A DNA stretch of 64,000 nt from Hamiltosporidium tvaerminnensis FI-OER-3-3 (Eukaryota; Fungi; Microsporidia). The stretch is from positions 868,001 through 932,000 of the forward strand of contig CM061249.1 of NCBI GenBank assembly GCA_022605425.2, given 5' to 3'. Below the pieces are notes generated by a model that searched no databases, was not told the DNA's origin, and was given only the letters and a program-made list of their open reading frames with translations. Every line of letters begins with the position of its first letter. Position 1 is the first letter of the stretch. The position numbers and the translations under genes are program-made. Shown here in pieces: positions 49,163 through 61,222 of the stretch.

Positions 49163-52100
49163 AAATTTATGGGTAGAAAGAAAAATGTTAGCAGCGAAAT
49201 ATCGAATAATACCAAAATAAAGGCTGCAAACGACGCTGATGAGGTGAAAAAGAGTGATAGTGAGATACAAAAATGTAAGCTACACCCACCGGCGATTCCC
49301 CTACCTTCCTCCTCCTACACAACAATAACACCTCCACCACCAAGCCAAACATGCAGTAAAATGCAAAATAGTGGGCTTGACACCTTACCTTCGCCTAATG
49401 CACCAGTTACCTCTTCGGTTGAAGTCTCTGCGTGCGAGCCATCGTACGACATGACAAGCCCCTGTACTCTAGCTATTCCGGAAGGTAACAGGCTAATGGC
49501 ATTGCGGACGATATTCGATTCCGTAACAGCCGACCCGAAGGAATGGCCTCGAATTGTTTTTTTTGCAGTACAGACAAGGTTTGAAAGAATGCCAAGAAAT
49601 GGCTGGACAGAGCTTCACAGGTACTATAATGAGAAATTCGGCTGCACTGAAACTCTCGAAGTGTTAAAAAAATTGGCACAAAGTGAGATGGGAAAGGATG
49701 TAAAATCAGAAGAGAATGGAGAGCGACGTAGAATCGCCACTTGTCTCGCTGATACATGCACCTTGACCGACACCACGGAGTACATAAACCTGAGAGATAA
49801 ATTCTTGAGTAAAATCAAAGAAATCTCTGAGAACGAAATTGGAAAAGTGGTGGTCCGAACTAGAAAACATCCAAATGAATTGGTTGATAGTAAAGTTCTG
49901 GATCTCATAAATCGAGTAGTCGGTGAATATGCAGGAGCTCATGTACCTGAGTCAATTACGGAAGCCGCGTATATCATGCAAGCTGCGCAGGTATGCTATG
50001 ACGAGGCAACACGTAAAGAGAAGCCTAGATCCGCTTGGAAGGAAAACATAGAAAGTAAAATTTCTAAGTTAGTACTTTCCAAAGATCTCCTCGAGAAAGC
50101 TCGTAAGCAGGAAAAGCTCTCCACTTCGGAAACGAAGAGCCTTAAGAAAATCATGCGAGAGTTTAATTTAAACTTGAGCAGCGTAACTGATCTTTCTGAG
50201 GCTTTAGTTAAGAAGAATGAGTCTTTGAATGTTTACGAGAAAAAAATTACGATGCATGAAAGTAGGAAGCAATTCCGAAAAGAGAATCGTATGTTTGAGC
50301 TTTTCCGAGGTCGATTTTATCGTGGGTTATCCGAGCGTGTGGAATCCGAGCATGTGGTTAGCCGTGATGAAATTGTGAGTTTTTGGTCTACAATGTGGAA
50401 CAAAAATGATGACACAGTCACGTACGATGATTATTTGATTCCATTTGTATCAGATAATCATCCGACCACGTTTCCTTCACTTGATGAATTTGTGAATATC
50501 ATTAATTGGCTCCCTAATTGGAAAGCTGCTGGAATTGATGGTATTTACAATTTTTTCATTAAGAAACTTACAACTCTTCACAAATATCTTTATGATATTG
50601 TGAAAGTTATATGTTTAGAAGGAACACCTCAAGCTGATTGGTTTTACTGCGGGCTTACGTATTTGATACCGAAAGGAATTCCACGAAGAGGCTCTGACTA
50701 CAGGCCAATCACTTGTATGTCCAACCTCTATAAGTTAACGACAAAGTGTGTAACGAAAGTCGTTCAACTTGAAGTGGAAAGGCGAGGGTTGCTTGCAGAG
50801 AACCAACTAGGGGCGGTAAAAGGTGTGCAGGGAGCGAAAGAGCAGGCTCTACTGAATATTGCCTTAAATAAAGAGTATGGAAATAATCTTAAGGCAACAT
50901 GGATTGATGTTAAAAAAGCTTATGATTCAATAGATCATGCTTATTTAACTCAATGCATTGAAAACCTTAATTTACCTGATTGGATCCTGAAATTTATTAA
51001 GGTAATTATATCAAAATGGAAAATTGATATATCAGTAGGGCCTGAAAAATCATGAGCAAGAAGATTGATAGAGGGATTCTACAAGGAGATAGTCTGTCAC
51101 CTTTGTTATTTGTGTTGTGTATGGATCCATTAAGCCGAAAGCTTAATGAAAAATACACAAAAGTGACAGTACAAACAGATGCAGAATCCCATTCTACTAA
51201 TCATCTCTTGTTTATTGATGATCTTAAGCTCCTTGCAAAAGACAGCTCCACATTGAGTGCTATGACAGGCGAGGCAAAGGAATTTTTAGAGGTGATTGGC
51301 TTAGAGATTAACAAAGAGAAGTCAGCCACAAATGATACGTGTTGTGAAGATACTGCTACTCTTCTAGAAGGTGTTAGTGTTTACAAATATTTAGGAATAA
51401 TAGAAGATAGCAGAGGAATCCCAACACGTAGCTCATTTGAAGAAGTACGGAGCAAACTTATATCAAGAGTTGAAAGACTTTGTCACACTAGATTAAATGC
51501 AAAAAATTTATTTTCTGCAATCAATCAACATGCGATATCGTTAATCAACTATCACATAGGAGTACTTCGACACAACCGGATGACTTCTCTAAGTTAGATG
51601 ATGCAGTGCGTGCGGTGTTGGTGAAGAATAAGATACATCTCCGCCCAGGATGTAAAGAGCGTTTATACCTTCCTAGAGCAGAACTTGGAAGAGGCTTAAA
51701 TAGTGTTGAGTTGCGAAGCGAACATATGCTTCTGCAACTCTTGGATTGTCTGGAAATATGTAAAGAAATATCAACTAGACGAGCAGCAATCCTTAAGGTG
51801 GAGAATAATAAAACCCATCTTGGACTAATAAAAGGCTTCTTAAAAGTAAAGTACAGGTTGGTAGAAGAAGTCACTAAGAAAAGTTTAGAAGAAGCTCAAC
51901 TTGCAAAACTATATAACGAAATAGAAAAACGAAAACTCCATTCAAAGTTATATAATGCAAGAAAAAAATAAGCTGCAAGTGTTAGTGACTCTTCAAGATG
52001 GCTAAAGAGAGGAAATATTAGGCCACGAAATAAAGCAGTGTTCTGTTATATCCAGGATAGAAATGTATTCTGGAGAACAGATGGTATGTGTCAACATTCG

Positions 52101-52962
52101 GGAAGTCTGGTAAGACTGTAGATCATCTAGCAACTCGATGTGAAAAAATGCTAGGCCATGATTGCACTAGACGGCATAATGAAGTGGTTAGATGCCTACA
52201 CCTACTTCTTCTAAATAGATATAAGTTTAAGTCTTCAAAACGAATAAAGAGCCACTCAGTTCAAGAAATTCTTGATAAAGAATATGCAGAGATAAGAGTG
52301 GACACTAGAATAAAAACTGATGTTAAAATCCGGAATAACAGACCGGACATATTTATTTTAGATAAGAAGAAGAATAAGATAACACTCATTGAAGTAGGAA
52401 TCACTTCCCAAGATTCACTTCAAATAGTTGAAACTGAAAAACTTAGGAAGTATGACCTGCTAGCCAATGAGTTGGGTCTTATTTATAGGTGTAGTGTTGA
52501 GATAATCCCTTATGTGATGACCTGGGACGGTATTGTGACAAAATACCATAAATCTCATCTTAAAAGACTAGAAATACCCATGAATGTAGAAGCATACATT
52601 CAGTCTATAGTACTTAAAAAGACAGTCGAAACTATTTCCTTTGATCGACGAAGAGGACTTGAGTCAGGACTAAATGCCGAAGAGAGCTGGGAGAGAGCGT
52701 CAATGGGTGTTATTATGAGATCAGAGATGCATGAGGAACCAATACCCCCTTTAAAAGAAGCGAAAACAGAGGAAGATGGTGCCAAAAATTTTAAACCAAA
52801 ATATAAAGCCCCCTTTATTTTACAAGGAGGAACCACTTTAGAGGAACCGACCAATAACATAAATGAAGAGTCGGATTTGGAAGAAGAGACAAAAGTGGTC
52901 AAAGAGGTAAAAGAAAACATGTAAAAATGGTAAAAAATATTTTAACCCAGAATTTTATTAAA
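49163..52962 (+). mobile_element. Full-length RLE non-LTR retrotransposon (copy B), frameshifted mosaic
   Basis: ORF pieces 49169-51055, 51052-51597, 51606-51971 and 52088-52924 tile one protein; RT motifs KAAGIDG, YRPITC, DVKKAYDS, LQGDSLSP, FIDD. Confidence 0.97.
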
Positions 52963-53042
52963 TAATGTTTTAATGTTTTAATGTTTTAATGTTTTAATTT
53001 TATTTTTAAAATATATTAGAATATATTTTTAAAATTTTTTAA

Positions 53043-54605
53043 AATAGAAGATTACAGAGGAATCCAAACACGTAACTTCTTTGAAGAAGTACAGAGCAAA
53101 CTTATATCAAGAGTTGAAAGACTTTGTCATACTAGATTAAACGCAAAAAATTTATTTTCTGCAATCAATCAACATGCGATATCGTTAATCAACTATCACA
53201 TAGGAGTACTTCGACACAACCGGATGACTTCTCTAAGTTAGATGATGCAGTGCGTGCGGTGTTGGTGAAGAATAAGATACATCTCCGCCCAGGATGTAAA
53301 GAGCGTTTATACCTTCCTAGAGCAGAACTTGGAAGAGGCTTAAATAGTGTTGAGTTGCGAAGCGAACATATGCTTCTGCAACTCTTGGATTGTCTGGAAA
53401 TATGTAAAGAAATATCAACTAGACGAGCAGCAATCCTTAAGGTGGAGAATAATAAAACCCATCTTGGACTAATAAAAGGCTTCTTAAAAGTAAAGTACAG
53501 GTTGGTAGAAGAAGTCACTAAGAAAAGTTTAGAAGAAGCTCAACTTGCAAAACTATATAACGAAATAGAAAAACGAAAACTCCATTCAAAGTTATATAAT
53601 GCAAGAAAAAAATAAGCTGCAAGTGTTAGTGACTCTTCAAGATGGCTAAAGAGAGGAAATATTAGGCCACGAAATAAAGCAGTGTTCTGTTATATCCAGG
53701 ATAGAAATGTATTCTGGAGAACAGATGGTATGTGTCAACATTCGGGAAGTCTGGTAAGACTGTGGATCATCTAGCAACTCGATGTGAAAAAATGCTAGGC
53801 CATGATTGCACTAGACGGCATAATGAAGTGGTTAGATGCCTACACCTACTTCTTCTAAATAGATATAAGTTTAAGTCTTCAAAACGAATAAAGAGCCACT
53901 CAGTTCAAGAAATTCTTGATAAAGAATATGCAGAGATAAGAGTGGACACTAGAATAAAAACTGATGTTAAAATCCGGAATAACAGACCGGACATATTTAT
54001 TTTAGATAAGAAGAAGAATAAAATAACACTCACTGAAGTAGGAATTACTTCCCAAGATTCACTTCAAATAGTTGAAACTGAAAAACTTAGGAAGTATGAC
54101 CTGCTAGCCAATGAGTTGGGCCTTATTTATAAGTGTAGTGTTGAGATAATCCCTTATGTGATGACCTGGGACGGTATTGTGACAAAATACCATAAATCTC
54201 ATCTTAAAAGACTAGAAATACCCATGAATGTAGAAGCATACATTCAGTCTATAGTACTTAAGAAGACAGTCAAAACAATTTCCTTTGATCGACGAAGAGA
54301 CTTGAGTCAGGACTAAATGCCGAAGAGAGCTGGGAGACAGCATCATTATGTGTTATTATGATAGCAGAGATGCATAAGGAACCAAACTTTTTTTAAAAGA
54401 AGAGAAGAGAGAGGAAGATGGTGCAAAAAAATTTCTAAGCGAAAAATAAAGCACCCCTTATTTCACAAGGAGGAACCACTTTCGAGGAACCGACCAATCA
54501 CATAAATGAAGAGTCGGATTTGGAAGAAGAGACAAAAGTGGTTAAAGAGGTAGAAGAAAACATAAAAAAATGTTAAAAATATTTTAACCCATAATTTTAT
54601 AAAAT
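53043..54605 (+). mobile_element. 5'-truncated decayed retrotransposon (copy C, hybrid of E and A)
   Basis: Last ~1.55 kb of the element; 5' junction identical to copy E, 3' flank identical to that of copy A. Confidence 0.95.
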
Positions 54606-56078
54606 AAAAAAAATATACTTAGATATATACTATTATACAAGTAGAACAATCTATTATCCTACACCTTCTTCTTTAAATGTATTTTTATCTAATTTTATTT
54701 CCCTAAAAATTAAATCTTATATTCCATCCTAATATAATTTCACATTAATTTAATTCATTCTAATAAATTTCTTTCAATTCAATCCTAATTCTATTCGATG
54801 ATGTAATTTTAATCTTATTTACTAAAATGATACCTGTATGATCACTTTAGCATCTAATTCGTATACCTTTGTCCCTAATTTTTATTTAGAAGTTCTAAAT
54901 ACTAACCAAGTAACTTAAAGATCAAAACAATAGAATTAAGTTTCTGTATTAAGAAGATTTTTTAAATAAATATGTTAACAGGTCTAATCTTGAATTATAT
55001 TCCTAGTTTAAGCTATATGTGACTAAATCTTGAACAAAAAATTCTTAATTTCATTTATATAAATTAAAATAATGGCTTAAGTGTATAGAATGCTAGTATG
55101 AGATATCTCCCCGATATAATATTATTCTTAGCAGCTAATTATGTTTTATTCCCTGTGTGAAACCAAAAAAGGCTGTTGCAAAGATAGAATGAATTACTAG
55201 TATTTTGCAATATATTTTGCTATTAATTTACTATGTATTTCTTTGTTGCCTGATAGAAATCAAACGATTGCATTTACATGTGTTTTTAATCTATCAAAGA
55301 TTTTGGCACGTATTGGAGTATAAATATAGCAGATTGAAACAAAATTTTCGGTTTATAAATTATACTATGATTGCGACTTGATATAACAGATGTGTTATAG
55401 TGAGTAATCCGAAGAAAATTACTTTTTAGATAAAATATTTAAAATTTAATTATAAAAGTCGGACATATAATCTTATTCAGTAGCTAATAATTTTTAAAAT
55501 ATATAAATTCAAATAAAATGTAGGACTTAAATAATCGTGTTTGCTAGCTGAGAAGGGTAAAAAAATATCTACATACTAAAATAAAATGTAAAATTCTTTT
55601 TTAATTCTCTTCTATCAGATATAAAGTACTATTAAGTTAATATTTTTATTAAATTAAGTCTAATTCGAGAAGATATATAATTTCAGCTATTTACAATCAC
55701 TCTGCTCGAATACACTTTTTAATTTAAAAAATAATAGATAAAAGAATAAAAGATTTAAAAATAATTCAGCTTAAATAAATCTCTTTTCTTACAAAACATA
55801 AGAAAAGCTTTAATTTATAGTTTAAAATATTCAATTGTTTAGTATTTTATTTAAAGTTAACTATATAAGATATGATAATAAATGGTAGATGAATTTTATT
55901 AAAAATTAATTTAATATCTGATGTAATATCATTAAGGAAATTAAAATAAGATATAAAGATATATTAATAATCTTTTTTCATTTTGATACACTTTGTTTAA
56001 GATAAAGAAAATTAATGCAGATTTATAAACAAACACTCGATTTCAAATCTATATAATAAGAAAAACAATAATAAACAA

Positions 56079-57284
56079 ATGATTGGAAAAATAAAGAACA
56101 GCGGAAATATTAGAAAAATTAATATTTCAGAAGTAACAAAAAATCTGGGACTTGAATCGAGTGAACTGATTGGAATCTTAAATAAAATCGATGAATCCAA
56201 GCAAGATAGTAATGATATGGGAAATATACATAAAAGTATATTTAGAATCATTAAAAATTCGAAATTGAAGGAGAAAGAAGAAAAGAGTATTAAAACTAAA
56301 GAAGATTTAGAAAAAGCAGATTTATCCTTTCTTGAAAATGTAGCAGTTAAAGTACATGAAATTAATATTTGGAATCATGAAGACAAGAGATTCCTGATGT
56401 TAAAATATCATATGGAATATAAATTTCCTATAATGATATACAAAAAAAATGAAATATATTTTAAATCAAACCTGGTATATGAACCATCTCGAGATGAAAA
56501 ACAACAAATTACATTTAATAAATTAGAAAATAAGGACAAAAAAGCTAAAGATTCTATAAAATATGATTTACTTAGAGATAAAGAAAAGATCAAATTGGCT
56601 TGTTTTTGCTTTAAGAAGCTCCGTAAATATAGATCCAGCTTTAAAGATAATATTTTAGAAAAAATTTCTGATATATTCAGATCTTCGTTTAAGAAAGATT
56701 CTTATCATATAAAAAAAGCAAATACATTTGTTTATACCGTTGGTGACCATATTTTAGATGAAGGGATCAAAAAAGAGGGATTGTTTAGAATTTCTGGTAA
56801 ATATGCCTATTATAAATTTATGCCGGGTGTTTTAGCTGCAGGAAAGAGATATGATTATACTGAGTTATCTGTTCATGACAACGCTTCAATTTTCAAAGCA
56901 TATATTCGGGAGATAATGAATGGGATAATTTCAGTTCAGATTGCAGAAAGGGTGATGAAAATAATAAAAAACCAGACGGATCCTTCAATATTAGAATACA
57001 TTGTGCCTTTAATAATATTTTCGATTACAAATGAAAATAGAAAGATGCTTATCTATTTACAGAAAATCTTTCGAAAAGTTAATCAGTATTCAAAAGATAA
57101 TAAAATGGGGTCAGATAATCTATACAAAATTTTTACTCCTACTATTTTTCCAACTATTGAATGTTATGATTTGCAATCCTTAAATTTGCAAATTGAGATT
57201 GTAAAAAGAATTTTTGAGTCAAATTTAACAGACATCCCTTGTTTTTTGTATGAAGAAGCACTTTCACCCGCTAAAAATCAATAA
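56079..57284 (+). CDS. RhoGAP-domain protein, copy 2
   Basis: 401 aa; same GAP motifs; 14 amino-acid differences from copy 1, all within residues 3-159. Confidence 0.88.
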   Translation: MIGKIKNSGNIRKINISEVTKNLGLESSELIGILNKIDESKQDSNDMGNIHKSIFRIIKNSKLKEKEEKSIKTKEDLEKADLSFLENVAVKVHEINIWNHEDKRFLMLKYHMEYKFPIMIYKKNEIYFKSNLVYEPSRDEKQQITFNKLENKDKKAKDSIKYDLLRDKEKIKLACFCFKKLRKYRSSFKDNILEKISDIFRSSFKKDSYHIKKANTFVYTVGDHILDEGIKKEGLFRISGKYAYYKFMPGVLAAGKRYDYTELSVHDNASIFKAYIREIMNGIISVQIAERVMKIIKNQTDPSILEYIVPLIIFSITNENRKMLIYLQKIFRKVNQYSKDNKMGSDNLYKIFTPTIFPTIECYDLQSLNLQIEIVKRIFESNLTDIPCFLYEEALSPAKNQ

Positions 57285-57329
57285 ATCCTTTAATTTTCAA
57301 ATTTTAATGTTTTAATGTTTTAATGTTTT

Positions 57330-60300
57330 AAATTTATGGGTAGAAAGAAAAATGTTAGCAGCGAAATATCGAATAATACCAAAATAAAGGCTGCAAACGA
57401 CGCTGATGAGGTGAAAAAGAGTGATAGTGAGATACAAAAATGTAAGCTACACCCACCGGCGATTCCCCTACCTTCCTCCTCCTACACAACAATAACACCT
57501 CCACCACCAAGCCAAACATGCAGTAAAATGCAAAATAGTGGGCTTGACACCTTACCTTCGCCTAATGCACCAGTTACCTCTTCGGTTGAAGTCTCTGCGT
57601 GCGAGCCATCGTACGACATGACAAGCCCCTGTACTCTAGCTATTCCGGAAGGTAACAGGCTAATGGCATTGCGGACGATATTCGATTCCGTAACAGCCGA
57701 CCCGAAGGAATGGCCTCGAATTGTTTTTTTGCAGTACAGACAAGGTTTGAAAGAATGCCAAGAAATGGCTGGACAGAGCTTCACAGGTACTATAATGAGA
57801 AATTCGGCTGCACTGAAACTCTCGAAGTGTTAAAAAAATTGGCACAAAGTGAGATGGGAAAGGATGTAAAATCAGAAGAGAATGGAGAGCGACGTAGAAT
57901 CGCCACTTGTCTCGCTGATACATGCACCTTGACCGACACCACGGAGTACATAAACCTGAGAGATAAATTCTTGAGTAAAATCAAAGAAATCTCTGAGAAC
58001 GAAATTGGAAAAGTGGTGGTCCGAACTAGAAAACATCCAAATGAATTGGTTGATAGTAAAGTTCTGGATCTCATAAATCGAGTAGTCGGTGAATATGCAG
58101 GAGCTCATGTACCTGAGTCAATTACGGAAGCCGCGTATATCATGCAAGCTGCGCAGGTATGCTATGACGAGGCAACACGTAAAGAGAAGCCTAGATCCGC
58201 TTGGAAGGAAAACATAGAAAGTAAAATTTCTAAGTTAGTACTTTCCAAAGATCTCCTCGAGAAAGCTCGTAAGCAGGAAAAGCTCTCCACTTCGGAAACG
58301 AAGAGCCTTAAGAAAATCATGCGAGAGTTTAATTTAAACTTGAGCAGCGTAACTGATCTTTCTGAGGCTTTAGTTAAGAAGAATGAGTCTTTGAATGTTT
58401 ACGAGAAAAAAATTACGATGCATGAAAGTAGGAAGCAATTCCGAAAAGAGAATCGTATGTTTGAGCTTTTCCGAGGTCGATTTTATCGTGGGTTATCCGA
58501 GCGTGTGGAATCCGAGCATGTGGTTAGCCGTGATGAAATTGTGAGTTTTTGGTCTACAATGTGGAACAAAAATGATGACACAGTCACGTACGATGATTAT
58601 TTGATTCCATTTGTATCAGATAATCATCCGACCACGTTTCCTTCACTTGATGAATTTGTGAATATCATTAATTGGCTCCCTAATTGGAAAGCTGCTGGAA
58701 TTGATGGTATTTACAATTTTTTCATTAAGAAACTTACAACTCTTCACAAATATCTTTATGATATTGTGAAAGTTATATGTTTAGAAGGAACACCTCAAGC
58801 TGATTGGTTTTACTGCGGGCTTACGTATTTGATACCGAAAGGAATTCCACGAAGAGGCTCTGACTACAGGCCAATCACTTGTATGTCCAACCTCTATAAG
58901 TTAACGACAAAGTGTGTAACGAAAGTCGTTCAACTTGAAGTGGAAAGGCGAGGGTTGCTTGCAGAGAACCAACTAGGGGCGGTAAAAGGTGTGCAGGGAG
59001 CGAAAGAGCAGGCTCTACTGAATATTGCCTTAAATAAAGAGTATGGAAATAATCTTAAGGCAACATGGATTGATGTTAAAAAAGCTTATGATTCAATAGA
59101 TCATGCTTATTTAACTCAATGCATTGAAAACCTTAATTTACCTGATTGGATCCTGAAATTTATTAAGGTAATTATATCAAAATGGAAAATTGATATATCA
59201 GTAGGGCCTGAAAAAATCATGAGCAAGAAGATTGATAGAGGGATTCTACAAGGAGATAGTCTGTCACCTTTGTTATTTGTGTTGTGTATGGATCCATTAA
59301 GCCGAAAGCTTAATGAAAAATACACAAAAGTGACAGTACAAACAGATGCAGAATCCCATTCTACTAATCATCTCTTGTTTATTGATGATCTTAAGCTCCT
59401 TGCAAAAGACAGCTCCACATTGAGTGCTATGACAGGCGAGGCAAAGGAATTTTTAGAGGTGATTGGCTTAGAGATTAACAAAGAGAAGTCAGCCACAAAT
59501 GATACGTGTTGTGAAGATACTGCTACTCTTCTAGAAGGTGTTAGTGTTTACAAATATTTAGGAATAATAGAAGATAGCAGAGGAATCCCAACACGTAGCT
59601 CATTTGAAGAAGTACAGAGCAAACTTATATCAAGAGTTGAAAGACTTTGTCACACTAGATTAAATGCAAAAAATTTATTTTCTGCAATCAATCAACATGC
59701 GATATCGTTAATCAACTACCACATAGGAGTACTTCGACTTGAACCGGCTGACTTCTCTAAGTTAGATGATGCAGTGCGTGCGGTGTTGGTTAAAAATAAG
59801 ATACATCTCCGCCCAGGATGTAAAGAGCGGTTGTATCTTCCTAGAACAGAACTTGGAAGAGGCCTACATAGTGTTGAGTTGCGAAGCGAACATATGCTTC
59901 TGCAACTCTTGGATTGTCTGGAAAAAAGTAAAGAAATATCAACTAGACGAGCAGCAATCCTCAAGGTGGAGAATAATAATAAAACCCATCTTGGACTAAT
60001 AAAAGGCTTCTTAAAAGTAAAGTACAGGTTGGTAGAAGAAGTCACTAAGAAAAGTTTAGAAGAAGCTCAACTTGCAAAACTATATAACGAAATAGAAAAA
60101 CGAAAACTCCATTCAAAGTTATATAATGCAAGAAAAAATGAGCTTGTGAGTGTTAGTGACTCTTCAAGATGGCTAAAGAGAGGAAATATTAGGCCACGAA
60201 ATGAAGCTGTGTTCTGCTATATCCAGGATAGAAATGTATTCTGGGGAGCAGATGGTGTGTGTCAACATTGCGGGAAGTCTGGTAAGACTGTGGATCATCT

Positions 60301-61134
60301 AGCAACTAGATGTGAAAAAATGCTAGGCCATGATTACATTAGACGGCATAATGAAGTGGTTAGATGCCTACACCTACTTCTTCTAAATAGATATAAGTTT
60401 AAATCTTCAAAACGAATAAGGAGCCACTCAGTTCAAGAAATTCTTGATAATGAGTATGCAGAGATAAGAGTGGACACCAGAATTAAAACTGATGTTAAAA
60501 TTCGGAATAACAGACCGGACATATTTATTTTAGATAAGAAGAAGAATAAGATAACACTCATTGAAGTAGGAATCACTTCCCAAGATTCACTTCAAATAGT
60601 TGAAACTGAAAAACTTAGGAAGTATGACCTGCTAGCCAATGAGTTGGGTCTTATTTATAGGTGTAGTGTTGAGATAATCCCTTATGTGATGACCTGGGAC
60701 GGTATTGTGACAAAATACCATAAATCTCATCTTAAAAGACTAGAAATACCCATGAATGTAGAAGCATACATTCAGTCTATAGTACTTAAAAAGACAGTCG
60801 AAACTATTTCCTTTGATCGACGAAGAGGACTTGAGTCAGGACTAAATGCCGAAGAGAGCTGGGAGAGAGCGTCAATGGGTGTTATTATGAGATCAGAGAT
60901 GCATGAGGAACCAATACCCCCTTTAAAAGAAGCGAAAACAGAGGAAGATGGTGCCAAAAATTTTAAACCAAAATATAAAGCCCCCTTTATTTTACAAGGA
61001 GGAACCACTTTAGAGGAACCGACCAATAACATAAATGAAGAGTCGGATTTGGAAGAAGAGACAAAAGTGGTCAAAGAGGTAAAAGAAAACATGTAAAAAT
61101 GGTAAAAAATATTTTAACCCAGAATTTTATTAAA
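57330..61134 (+). mobile_element. Near-intact single-ORF RLE non-LTR retrotransposon, R4/Dong-like (copy D)
   Basis: 57336-61096 would encode ~1253 aa if one T is restored in the run at 57724-57730; RT (QGDSLSP, FIDD), CCHC knuckle CQHC-x8-H-x4-C, RRHN, RPDI...IEV endonuclease, EKLRKY. Clade placement is inferred from architecture, not from a tree. Confidence 0.95.
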
Positions 61135-61222
61135 TAATGTTTTAATGTTTTAATGTTTTAATGTTTTAATGTTTTAATTTTATTTTTAAAATATATTAGA
61201 ATATATTTTTAAAATTTTTTAA

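Noticed and set aside
47912-52962. RhoGAP as ORF1 or cargo of the retrotransposon
   Set aside because: The octamer target tract separates the two, copy A has no RhoGAP upstream, and their co-occurrence twice is explained by one segmental duplication.
57721-57731. Programmed ribosomal frameshift between ORFs 57336-57833 and 57710-61096
   Set aside because: Copy B reads through the same site in frame with one more T, so this is an indel or a sequencing error.
57710-61096. RT as telomerase, retron, group II intron or DGR enzyme
   Set aside because: The C-terminal CCHC plus PD..E endonuclease and the many 5'-truncated copies identify a non-LTR retrotransposon.
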